DNA from: an uncultured Bacteroidota bacterium
GTDB taxonomy: Bacteria > Bacteroidota > Bacteroidia > Chitinophagales > Saprospiraceae
Length of the DNA stretch: 64,000 nucleotides
Assembly (NCBI GenBank): GCA_942492125.1
Contig: CALODM010000026.1
Span: 169,545-233,544, forward strand
Direction: 5' to 3'
The notes below the pieces were generated by a model. The model saw nothing but the letters and a program-made list of their open reading frames with translations. It made no database searches and had not been told where the DNA came from. This document shows positions 45,465-54,481 of the stretch, one piece after another (position 1 is the stretch's first letter; every line of letters starts with the position of its first letter). A program made the translations under genes and the position numbers.

Positions 45465-47261
45465 TCAAGAATTGTCGAATGCGATCCATAAGGCAAAACC
45501 AATGACGAGCACAATAAGTATGATCAACCACAAAGGAAACTGACATCCCGGAAAAACACACTCCTGACACTCCAATACCTCCTGGGTTTCCAGACTTTTA
45601 CTCTCATCCAAAGAGAGATAAGTCGGATTTACAGAACGGGTACATACCGTTCCGGTTAGTCCAACGTGATCGACAAACTGGATACAGGCATTCATCAGGC
45701 CTATTTCCTCCAACTTAGCCTCTGGCTTGGTAAGACCGGTAAATATGATCTGTCCATAGGTCAGGGGGTTTCCTGCGCCGACTTCTTTGGTCGAATAAAC
45801 ATTCATGCCCTCCAGTGTCCATACCAGGGAGTCCTTATCCTCGGACCAGGAAAAACTGATTTCATCGGCTTCCAGTCCGGGGCCGAAAAACTGTAAGGGA
45901 GTCCCATCGATACTTTCCGGATCGACCAGGGTATCGAGGGCAATGGCGATCCTGGCACCAAAGGCTGGAGCATCGCCGTCATTTTCAAATTCTACGGTAA
46001 AAATAAGCTTCTGGGCACCATCGGATTCCGGCGGGCAGGAGCAGGCCTGAATCGTCAACTGGTTCGGATCATGGGCCCGTTTAGCCAATGGTTGTACCTT
46101 AAAGACATCAATGATACGATTGCTGACATTAAAATCACTGTTGAGGATATCGGGAGTGATCCCTTCACTATCGTTTGATGCCGCAATAGCCGCAATAAAA
46201 TCATCTAACTGCAGGGCTGCAATAATTTTTTGATCATCATCATTCAGGGAATCCGCAACAAATTCTTCAGAAGCATCCGTTGTAATGACGGCCAGAAAAT
46301 CCACAACTCTGGTAACGGAATCCAAACCGGAGTCAAAAATATTCTCGGCGTCTTTAAATTCCAGAAACAAATGGCGCTCCTCCTGTCCTTCCAAATTTGA
46401 AAAGTGCCACAACAAACCGTCTCCATAATTATCACTTATTGGCGTAGTGCTGTTAACCCTGCCTTCAATATCGTACTCCTGAGACCAAAAATCTCCATTA
46501 AAAATAAAGGCAGTATCATAAACAAAATCTGCGAACCGAGGCGTACTGCTGTCCGGTTCCAAAGCAGGCTCTGCAATTCTTTTGGTTTTCACCTTTGCCG
46601 ACTGCACATCGTCAGGATTATCACTTTGGGCCGATTCAACGGTGACCGGGCTTTTATGAATTTTAACGGGACTGTTGAAGAAAAAGTAAACATCTCCCTG
46701 AAATGTATTTTGCTGGTTATTCTTCATGGGGTTTTTAATGGATAAAACCCACACCGTAGTATCCCCCGGCACAATTTCATGATGATTGAACTGAAGGTTT
46801 AAATACCCCGATTTTACTGCTTTTGTGGTCAGAATGCTATCTGGTGAAGTAACATTAATCCCAGGATCCGTAATGATTTGCCCCTCCATTTTGGTAGGCA
46901 CATCTCCTCTTGATCTGTAAACCGAGGTAGAATAAACCTTGGCATCGTAGCCTGGATTAAAGGTACCTGGATACCTGTATCGCGCATGGATAAAGGTATC
47001 CCGTGTATTGGTTGTAAAATTACCATTACCATGAATCCAGAAAAATTCAAACCAGGCATGCTCGGTATTGACTTGATCAGGATCGGAGAATCCCTGCAAT
47101 TTCAATTCGGTGCTGTCCCCGACTCCTGATTTGGATAAATCAACCTGCAGGGTCTGAGCGATCAAACCTGTCGACAAAAACATTAAAACAAACAGAAAAA
47201 AAGAACGGAAGAGATGGGAATCAAAATTAGATTTTGGTGTAGTAGCGTGTAATGTTGCCAT
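45465..47261 (-). CDS. Hypothetical exported, tail-anchored protein with DUF11/CARDB-like beta-sandwich segment
   Basis: 598 aa. The N-terminal signal is FFLFVLMFLSTGLIAQ. The segment AHDPNQLTIQACSCPPESDGAQKLIFTVEFENDGDAPAFGARIAIALDTLVDPESID resembles the HDPN...F-x-N-x-G conserved-repeat fold seen in many Bacteroidota surface proteins. A Cys-rich juxtamembrane stretch (LECQECVFPGCQ) precedes the C-terminal TM. Confidence 0.55.
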   Translation of the reverse strand: MATLHATTPKSNFDSHLFRSFFLFVLMFLSTGLIAQTLQVDLSKSGVGDSTELKLQGFSDPDQVNTEHAWFEFFWIHGNGNFTTNTRDTFIHARYRYPGTFNPGYDAKVYSTSVYRSRGDVPTKMEGQIITDPGINVTSPDSILTTKAVKSGYLNLQFNHHEIVPGDTTVWVLSIKNPMKNNQQNTFQGDVYFFFNSPVKIHKSPVTVESAQSDNPDDVQSAKVKTKRIAEPALEPDSSTPRFADFVYDTAFIFNGDFWSQEYDIEGRVNSTTPISDNYGDGLLWHFSNLEGQEERHLFLEFKDAENIFDSGLDSVTRVVDFLAVITTDASEEFVADSLNDDDQKIIAALQLDDFIAAIAASNDSEGITPDILNSDFNVSNRIIDVFKVQPLAKRAHDPNQLTIQACSCPPESDGAQKLIFTVEFENDGDAPAFGARIAIALDTLVDPESIDGTPLQFFGPGLEADEISFSWSEDKDSLVWTLEGMNVYSTKEVGAGNPLTYGQIIFTGLTKPEAKLEEIGLMNACIQFVDHVGLTGTVCTRSVNPTYLSLDESKSLETQEVLECQECVFPGCQFPLWLIILIVLVIGFALWIAFDNS

Positions 47262-47734
47262 GTTTAAACATCGGTTAAAGGTGAAAATTAAAACAGGGGG
47301 GGATTGTTACAGTCAGCAGTGAACAGTCGGTAGTCTCGCTTTGATAAAAGCTTCTCAAAAGCATGACAAAAAACTGTAATCGAAAACTAATCGTAACAAA
47401 TAGCCAGTGTTTCAAAATGTTGAAAATTAGCCATAGTACTGTTTTAATCGTTCCTAAAGATAGGAAAAAACAAATCAAATGGCAAGCGCCTGAAATTTAT
47501 CCGAGCGACCTAAGAACGGATAGCTCCAGGCACTTTCTCCGGGGTTAACCTAATTACTAATAACAAATTGCTTCTTGCGGATGGATGATTGCTATTTCAG
47601 GTTATGGAAAGGCTCTGCCTTAAAAAAAAGAACCGGGCCTCAGACTGAACTGTGACCCGGCCCGGAATAATAGCAACTATCTACTTATCTCCAATTGCCT
47701 TCTGAAAATAAAACACCCTTTATTTTTACACTTT

Positions 47735-47965
47735 TCAGTGCGTTTTTCTTACTAAAGGTTCCAGGAAATCCTGTTGACCTTCAAGGAACTTTTTGAGGGC
47801 TATTGGCCGGAACCTGGGTTCCGGCCTCCATATGCCCTCGTTAAAATCGACATAGTATGATATCGTTATCTCAAAGTATGTAGCGCCTCCCCTGTCAAAC
47901 AAAATCCGCCGAAACGGATACTTGGGGATTAAAAGGACATAATGGTATTTTGAGGTTCCCTTCAA
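47735..47965 (-). CDS. Questionable small ORF (76 aa, TTG start only)
   Basis: This is the only ORF of 70 aa or more in the 1.2-kb island, and it has no ATG or GTG start. Its composition looks protein-like (KYHYVLLIPKYPFRRILFDRGG...) but I recognise no family. Confidence 0.2.
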   Translation of the reverse strand: MKGTSKYHYVLLIPKYPFRRILFDRGGATYFEITISYYVDFNEGIWRPEPRFRPIALKKFLEGQQDFLEPLVRKTH

Positions 47966-48479
47966 TATTCAATTTGTAAAAAGTCGGACAGCAGAACTTT
48001 ATCTACTGCCCGCGACTTAAGTGAGTTTCTGTTAAGGACAGATAGATTTCGTCGCCAATGTTATTTACTCTTTTGGGCTCGGCGGCGAAGTATAAATTCC
48101 CTTTTCAATCAAGTCGTTTTACTTTCCTTTTTTCAAGTTGTTTGTAATCCCTTTTGATTACGATCACAAATTTACAGGCAAGACCAGGGGTTACAAAGCA
48201 ACATTTTTAAAAAAAATTGCATTTCTAAAAACAATTTTAATTGCAAAATTTTAAAGAAAATAAAAACACTAAAAATGTATAAATAATTGTAAAACAATAA
48301 TTTATACTACATTTAGATTTGAATGTTTTTTAGAAAAAACAGTCTTTAAAAAAACATTAAGTTTGAGTTCCTACAAGTCGAAAAAAAAATTTACTTTTAA
48401 GATTTATTAACAAAAACCAAGAGGATTTAACAAATTTTAGGCTTTTTAAGGGTATAAGAAGTCTTTTCAAAAAGAGAAA

Positions 48480-49967
48480 ATGAAGCGTAAATCAGACCTG
48501 TATCATCTAATCAATGCGATGTCAAAGAGTGAAAAGCGTTATTTCACAGTAGATGTTCAGAAAAGTAATAAAAAAGGAAGCCGGTATCTGGAACTATTCC
48601 ACACCATCACCAATATGGAGGAATACGATGAAGGAAGCCTCAAGAAAAAGTTCGGAGCGAAGTTACCACATGACAAAAGATATCTTTATGATGCCATACT
48701 TCGGTCCATGCGTGATTATCGCAGCACCAATTCCTTTTTAGCCCAGATCAGGGAAATGATCCTGGATGCCCGCTATCTCTTTGAAAGAGAATTATATGAT
48801 CAGTGCGCCACCAGACTGGAAAATGCCAAAGCCTTAGCTGTCGAACTTGATGAGCAATCGGCATTACTGGAGATTATCAAAGAAGAACGAAGGCTGGTGC
48901 TGGATGTCCGAAAATCAGGTTTTGATAAACAATTAGAAACCTTGCACAGGGATTCGCGCGAAGTAACCGAAAAAATATCCGAAGAGCTTAAATATCAAAA
49001 TCTGTATGAAACCCTGATTACGGACGTTGTTAAATTTCAGGAATTGAAAAAAGAAGAGGACAAAATCAACCTGAAAAATAAATTCCAGCCTATTCTCGAT
49101 ACTCACCCACCCCGGTCTAACCGGGCGTTGAGAAGGTATTTTCAATGCATTGCCCTTTATAACCAGTTGTTGGGTAACCAGGAAGCAGTATTTGAAAATT
49201 ATTCGGAAGTGGTGGATTGGTGGGAAAAAAATCCCAAATACAAAGAGGAAGAATTTTACCGGTATATTGTCGACACTTCTAATCTGTTGCACGCCTATTC
49301 CTCCAATGGCAAATTCAGCCTGCTGCCCGGCCTGTTGAACAAGATGGAGCAATACGCTCCCAAAAAACTACACGACAAGGCTGTTGTTTTCCAAAAAAAA
49401 GCCATTTATCAATTGATGTACCACCTCAATACGGGAGATATTACCGGGGTATCAAACCTTATATCCGAAATCGATAAAGGTCTTTCTCAGTTTACTTTAA
49501 AAACAGAGAGCCGGCTGGTGATCATGTTTAATATTTCCGCCTTACTCTTTCTTATGGAGGACATGTCCAAATGCAGTTACTGGTGTGAAAAGATCTTTAA
49601 GAAGGAAAAAACGGCAACACGCCTGGATATCCAACGCGCAGGAGGTATTTTGTTTCTGTTCACGGAACTTGTTGCGGACGATCCTGAAAGAACGGAAAAA
49701 AGTCTGAGAGCGGTGAGAAGGGCACTGAAAAGAATGGGTACCCATTCGAAGGATGAATTTGAGATTGAAGTGCTCTACCATGTGAATGCTCTGAATAATG
49801 CGCCACTCAGCGAATGGAAAGATACACTCGAAAAATTCAAAGCTTATCTGATCGGTTTAAAAGAAACAGGCCGAAAAATTCCCCTGGGGACAAACGAATT
49901 GCTTCTATACTGGGTGAATGCCCAACAACAACGCAAGTCCATCAAACAACTGCTGGGTTGGGAGTAA
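48480..49967 (+). CDS. Hypothetical all-alpha (TPR-like) protein
   Basis: 495 aa with a clean ATG after an extremely AT-rich leader. It is predicted helical throughout, with no TM segment, signal peptide or catalytic motif. Confidence 0.6.
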   Translation: MKRKSDLYHLINAMSKSEKRYFTVDVQKSNKKGSRYLELFHTITNMEEYDEGSLKKKFGAKLPHDKRYLYDAILRSMRDYRSTNSFLAQIREMILDARYLFERELYDQCATRLENAKALAVELDEQSALLEIIKEERRLVLDVRKSGFDKQLETLHRDSREVTEKISEELKYQNLYETLITDVVKFQELKKEEDKINLKNKFQPILDTHPPRSNRALRRYFQCIALYNQLLGNQEAVFENYSEVVDWWEKNPKYKEEEFYRYIVDTSNLLHAYSSNGKFSLLPGLLNKMEQYAPKKLHDKAVVFQKKAIYQLMYHLNTGDITGVSNLISEIDKGLSQFTLKTESRLVIMFNISALLFLMEDMSKCSYWCEKIFKKEKTATRLDIQRAGGILFLFTELVADDPERTEKSLRAVRRALKRMGTHSKDEFEIEVLYHVNALNNAPLSEWKDTLEKFKAYLIGLKETGRKIPLGTNELLLYWVNAQQQRKSIKQLLGWE

Positions 49968-50169
49968 GGGGATGACCCTGGCAATAAACTGTCAGCCATG
50001 AAAATTTAACATCGAAATAAAAATCCAGAGAGCATATATATTCTTTTCCGTGTACTTTCGGAAAAGCATCCAATTTTAAGTTTCAGCAGCATAAGAGGCG
50101 GCCGGGAATATCCCTGAATATAAGCCCAGTTGCCACGGGATTATACACTCTGTAATATATACATTTGAA

Positions 50170-50760
50170 TTATCTATCAAAAATAGTAAGGATGATCTCT
50201 TCCCCTTTGCGTTGCACCTTAACGACACTATCATTGAGGTTTACGCGGTGTTCTTCACAGTTTGGATCATTTCGGAAGCTTGAGTCGATCTCTGTGGCAC
50301 CGATGATGGACATCATGCCTGCTCGTTTGTTATAGGTAAAGGTCCATTGTTTGGATTTTATCCCTACCTTAATCACGGACTGGTTAACTGCAGGTTTCCT
50401 TTCCGCCCCATCTCCACTTGTTCCGCCGCCTTCTTCTTCATCTGCAGTCAATGCTGTCGCCACGGCGATCTGTCCGCGGAAAGAACCAATCAAAACGCCG
50501 TTTTCTGTATCGATGGGAAAACCGATAGCTCTGCCATTATCGATGAGGAAGAGCGTTTTCATATCTGACGAGAGTGTAATGGTATTTATCATAGTGGTAA
50601 GGTATTTTACGTGGTATTTTTTTCTGAGAATTGCAGGCCCGATGGAGATCTCTGCTTCTTTTAGCCCAATGGGTTTTACCTTTTTATCCGGCTTGGGTTC
50701 AAAGGCTTCTGGGTTTTTGGAAGACCTGAAAAAACTGAAAATTTTCTCCAAGAGTGACAT
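50170..50760 (-). CDS. Hypothetical protein
   Basis: The track ORF is 204 aa; the likely start is MSLLEKIF at 50760. Composition is balanced and there is an internal acidic/Gly linker (ADEEEGGGTSGDGAE). The overlapping + strand ORF has junk-like composition. Confidence 0.5.
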   Translation of the reverse strand: MSLLEKIFSFFRSSKNPEAFEPKPDKKVKPIGLKEAEISIGPAILRKKYHVKYLTTMINTITLSSDMKTLFLIDNGRAIGFPIDTENGVLIGSFRGQIAVATALTADEEEGGGTSGDGAERKPAVNQSVIKVGIKSKQWTFTYNKRAGMMSIIGATEIDSSFRNDPNCEEHRVNLNDSVVKVQRKGEEIILTIFDR

Positions 50761-50800
50761 TTGTGTAGATTGTATTTTCAACAAATGTATGAATTTTTTT

Positions 50801-51670
50801 TTACATCTTTTCCAGCCTTTCCAGCATTGTTTTGATCATATGGTCGGTTATGCCTTTTGGATCGTCACTAAATGTTTTATCTGCCCGGTTAGCCAGGATC
50901 ACGTTACAGGACAACGCCTGATGTCCCAACAGTTTAGCCAGTCCGTAAATAGCTGAGGATTCCATTTCAAAATTCATTACGGGCCATTTTTCGAAACGAA
51001 AATCACGCAACACTTCCAGGGAATCCTGAATTCGGCTTTCCAGCCGTACAGATCTGCCCTGAGGGGCATAAAAGCCAGGAGCCGTCATGGTGATTCCTTG
51101 CTCAAAACCACTACCAAGTGTTTCGAGTAATTTTTGGCTGCCTCGAATAACGTAAGGTCTTGTGGGAAAGGGAAATTTAGTGTCGATTAACTTTTTGTAC
51201 AATGACGACTCTGTTTTATCAGGACTGAATTTATAGAAATGCATCAGGTTGTCCAACCCAACGGCAAAGGCGCTTAAAATGAGGCTTCCGACTTCAACTC
51301 CCGGTTGTAAGCATCCCGAGGTTCCCATGCGAATAATATTCAGGCTTCTCTGGGTGCTTTTGGGCTGGCGGGATTCAAGATCGATATTCACCAATGCATC
51401 CAGTTCGTTGATGACAATATCAATATTATCGGGGCCGATACCTGTAGAGATTACGGTAATCTGTTTGGATCCCAACCGACCGGTATGGGTGACAAATTCC
51501 CTTTTCGCTCCCTTGAAATCAATGGAATCAAAATATTGGGAAACCATAGCCACCCTACCCGGATCCCCGACGGTAATGACAGTATCTGCAATGTGTTCCG
51601 GTTTGAGGTTCAGGTGGTAAATGCTGCCATCACCGTTGATAACGAGTTCTGACGCGGGTATTTTTTTCAT
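50801..51670 (-). CDS. Nucleoside phosphorylase (PNP/UDP family, uridine phosphorylase-like)
   Basis: 289 aa with VITVGDPGRV...TGIGPDNIDIVINEL...RMGTSG...FEMESSAIY, typical PNP_UDP_1 motifs. Confidence 0.8.
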   Translation of the reverse strand: MKKIPASELVINGDGSIYHLNLKPEHIADTVITVGDPGRVAMVSQYFDSIDFKGAKREFVTHTGRLGSKQITVISTGIGPDNIDIVINELDALVNIDLESRQPKSTQRSLNIIRMGTSGCLQPGVEVGSLILSAFAVGLDNLMHFYKFSPDKTESSLYKKLIDTKFPFPTRPYVIRGSQKLLETLGSGFEQGITMTAPGFYAPQGRSVRLESRIQDSLEVLRDFRFEKWPVMNFEMESSAIYGLAKLLGHQALSCNVILANRADKTFSDDPKGITDHMIKTMLERLEKM

Positions 51671-51729
51671 AATACTAATCTATTCGAAAACTTTGATTTG
51701 GAATTTGAAGGAACACCAGGCTTAGCTGA

Positions 51730-52230
51730 TCAGTCGCAAATAATATAAATCGGTTCAGTTTCAATAATATTACTGAAATTATTGGCTTTGTCCCTGATTT
51801 GAATCGAAAAATTAAAAGTATCCAGCGTGCCGGGCTGTGGAGTGCATGGATCATCACCATTAGAATAAAGACAACAAATATTACCAAAAGCATTGGTGAG
51901 GGAAATACTCACCTCTCCCGATATACCGTTTGCGGTACCTTCTTCTGCAATGAGGGGGTATTTAAATTCCGTTACAGCTCCCTGTCGGCTATCTGTCAAA
52001 AAGATATCAAGTACGCTGTCCTGACTGCTCAAATCACCATCGCCGTCGGTGAACCCGAATTGTACGATCAGGGTATCAACCACTCCCCCGAGACTTCCCT
52101 GGTAAATGGTGTTTTTGTTGATACCAATATAATTGATCTCAGGTTCAACGGGAAAAGAAGGCGGTTGAAGACAAGACTCCATCAGGAGGATGCCTGCCAA
52201 AACGGAAAGTGCGAAATATAATTTTTGCAT
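51730..52230 (-). CDS. Hypothetical lipoprotein
   Basis: 166 aa with the signal peptide and lipobox ALSVLAGILLMESC. Confidence 0.55.
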   Translation of the reverse strand: MQKLYFALSVLAGILLMESCLQPPSFPVEPEINYIGINKNTIYQGSLGGVVDTLIVQFGFTDGDGDLSSQDSVLDIFLTDSRQGAVTEFKYPLIAEEGTANGISGEVSISLTNAFGNICCLYSNGDDPCTPQPGTLDTFNFSIQIRDKANNFSNIIETEPIYIICD

Positions 52231-52326
52231 AACCTTATATTTTTTACATTGGCGGTTTCAAATATAATTAAAACAGGATACTTTTGCTTTTTATTCTCCA
52301 AAATTCGCCTACGCTTAAATTATTTC

Positions 52327-53325
52327 ATGGAAATTGAGGATCAACGCAGGGAACTACTTATAAAGATAACAAACATAAACGCCAGTAGTTTTGAAAGCGT
52401 GGCTATGGAGGTATTTCGTTATCAGGCAGCCAATAACCCATTGTATGCGCATTACCTCCAATTGATTAACATAAACCCTGCTGCGATTCAAACGACAAAG
52501 GAAATTCCTTTTTTACCTATTAGCTTTTTCAAATCACACCAAATCAAAACAGCTGTCTGGCCTACCGAACAGGTTTTCACCAGCAGCGGAACTACCGGTA
52601 TGGTGACCAGTCAGCATCATGTGCGGGATTTATCCTGGTACCAGCAGGTATCTCTTTCCTGTTTTGCTCCTTTTTATGGTGCACCAAAGGATTATTGTAT
52701 ACTCGCCCTGCTGCCATCTTACCTGGAAAGGAGCGGTTCATCCCTGGTATTCATGGCCGACTTTTTCATTAAGCAATCCCAATATGAATCCAGTGGCTTT
52801 TTTCTCCAGGAAAAAGACCGGCTTGTGAAGATCCTGGAGGCATCCGTAAAAAATAATATCCCAACGATCCTGTTAGGGGTCAGCTTTGCCCTATGGGATC
52901 TTGCGGAAGCACATCCCATAGATCTCAAAAACGTGATCATCATGGAAACCGGGGGTATGAAAGGAAGACGAGAGGAGATTACACGGCCGGAATTACATAA
53001 AATTCTCAGGGACGCTTTTAATGTTGAACGAATTCACTCTGAATACGGCATGACTGAGCTGCTTTCTCAGGCCTACTCTTCCGGGAATGGTATTTTTCGT
53101 CCCGGACCGGGCATGAGGGTGCTGACCAGAGAAATTACGGACCCTTTTTCCATGACTCCTTTTAATAAAAATGGTGTCATCAACATCATCGACCTGGGCA
53201 ACCTGGACAGTATCAGTTTTATTGCCACGGAAGACCTTGGTAAAGTTCGTGAAGACAACAGCTTTGAAGTCATCGGAAGGCTGGATGCCAGTGATGTAAG
53301 GGGGTGTAATCTGATGGTTTTGTAA
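52327..53325 (+). CDS. LuxE/PaaK-like acyl-protein synthetase / acyltransferase family protein
   Basis: ATG 52327 gives MEIEDQRREL. FRYQAANNPLYAHYL...IPFLPISFFK...FTSSGTTG is the adenylate-forming motif and N-terminal pattern of LuxE-like proteins. Confidence 0.65.
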   Translation: MEIEDQRRELLIKITNINASSFESVAMEVFRYQAANNPLYAHYLQLININPAAIQTTKEIPFLPISFFKSHQIKTAVWPTEQVFTSSGTTGMVTSQHHVRDLSWYQQVSLSCFAPFYGAPKDYCILALLPSYLERSGSSLVFMADFFIKQSQYESSGFFLQEKDRLVKILEASVKNNIPTILLGVSFALWDLAEAHPIDLKNVIIMETGGMKGRREEITRPELHKILRDAFNVERIHSEYGMTELLSQAYSSGNGIFRPGPGMRVLTREITDPFSMTPFNKNGVINIIDLGNLDSISFIATEDLGKVREDNSFEVIGRLDASDVRGCNLMVL

Positions 53326-53343
53326 AACGCTTACTGGATGTTT

Positions 53344-54474
53344 TTATTTATGCATGTCCTGCCATGCCAGCATTCCACCTTCCAGGTTGTACAAATTGTC
53401 AAACCCGTGGTGTTGCTGTAAAAAGGCGATAACATTAGCACTTCTGACCCCGCTCCTGCAATAAACCACAACCGTGCCCTCATCTGGAACGGCATTGGCA
53501 TTGGCCGGGATCTCGCCAATCGGGATGTGGAGTCCGCCAATATTAAAAGCTTCCCGCTCATGGGTTTCCCGAACATCGATAAGGGTGATATTATCCCCCT
53601 TATCCAGTTGTTGTTTCAGGGTTTTTACATTCATGTTCTTAATGGTGCTCATATCGTCAGTTTTGGATGGACCGGCACAGAAGGCTTCGTAATCGATCAA
53701 CTGATCGATAACTACTTCCGGTCTTTTGAAATATTTTAGGGTGCGCAATGTAAAGTCAGCCGTGTCAACTAAACACAAACGTCCGGCCAATGGTTTACCG
53801 ATGCCCGCAATGATTTTAATGACCTCATTGGCCTGCATACTCCCGAGGATTCCCGGTAAAACGCCCAACACACCACCTTCCGCACAATTGGGCACAGCAT
53901 CCGGCGCAGGAGGTTGTGGGTACAGATCTCGGTAATTAGGACTAAAACTCCCGTCTGCTTCAGGCAAATTAAAAACAGAAAGCTGTCCTTCATATCTGAA
54001 GATAGATGCGTAAACATTGGGCTTGCCTGTCAGGACACAGGCATCATTGACCAAATACCTCGTGGGGAAATTGTCTGTGCCATCAGCCACCACATCATAT
54101 TGTGCGATTAACTCAAGGGCATTCAAACGGGTAATGGCTTTTTCATACACTTCAACCTGTATCAGTGGATTGATCTCCAGCAGTCTTTTTTGAGCGGAAA
54201 GAGCTTTAGATTTTCCAATATCTGCTGTCGAATACAAAACCTGGCGCTGAAGATTACTTTCATCTACCTTATCGTACTCCACGATACCGATATGGCCTAC
54301 CCCAGCAGCAGCCAGGTACAATAACAGGGGGCTTCCCAGTCCCCCGGCACCGACAACCAAAACCCTGGACTGTTTGAGTCTAAGCTGTGCTTCCGTACCA
54401 AAATCCGGAAGGTTCAGATGCCGGGCATATCGTCTTAATTCTTCTGGTGTAAGCATGTTAGGAAGGTTCGACAA
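53344..54474 (-). CDS. moeB: MoeB/ThiF-family adenylyltransferase with C-terminal rhodanese domain
   Basis: 376 aa. RYARHLNLPDFGTEAQ...VLVVGAGGLGSP...DESNLQRQ is the E1-like fold. The C-terminal part, LIDVRETHE...VVVYCRSGVRS, is the rhodanese active-site loop. Confidence 0.85.
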   Translation of the reverse strand: MSNLPNMLTPEELRRYARHLNLPDFGTEAQLRLKQSRVLVVGAGGLGSPLLLYLAAAGVGHIGIVEYDKVDESNLQRQVLYSTADIGKSKALSAQKRLLEINPLIQVEVYEKAITRLNALELIAQYDVVADGTDNFPTRYLVNDACVLTGKPNVYASIFRYEGQLSVFNLPEADGSFSPNYRDLYPQPPAPDAVPNCAEGGVLGVLPGILGSMQANEVIKIIAGIGKPLAGRLCLVDTADFTLRTLKYFKRPEVVIDQLIDYEAFCAGPSKTDDMSTIKNMNVKTLKQQLDKGDNITLIDVRETHEREAFNIGGLHIPIGEIPANANAVPDEGTVVVYCRSGVRSANVIAFLQQHHGFDNLYNLEGGMLAWQDMHK

Positions 54475-54481
54475 CTATAAA

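Noticed and set aside
47735-47965. The small ORF contains KYHYVLLIPKYPFRR, reminiscent of the KYH-[IV]-V-x-x-x-KYRR motif of IS200/IS605 Y1 (HUH) transposases, hinting at a mobile-element remnant.
   Set aside because: There is no HUH (HxH) motif or catalytic Tyr region in this frame or in the other frames downstream, which I translated about 150 nt past the stop. The only start is TTG and there are no terminal repeats. Similarity limited to about 12 residues is insufficient.
48120-48479. The very AT-rich segment could be a replication origin.
   Set aside because: No DnaA-box-like TTATCCACA/TGTGGATAA motifs are present and no dnaA or dnaN is nearby. It is more simply the promoter/leader of the 48480 gene.
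50351-50956. 201-aa + strand ORF overlapping the 204-aa minus-strand hypothetical gene and the 3' end of the nucleoside phosphorylase gene.
   Set aside because: It bridges two independent minus-strand genes and an intergenic gap. Its composition is junk-like (PSPLVPPPSSSS, FTWYFFLRIAG). The minus-strand product has balanced composition. I kept the minus-strand call, but with only moderate confidence.
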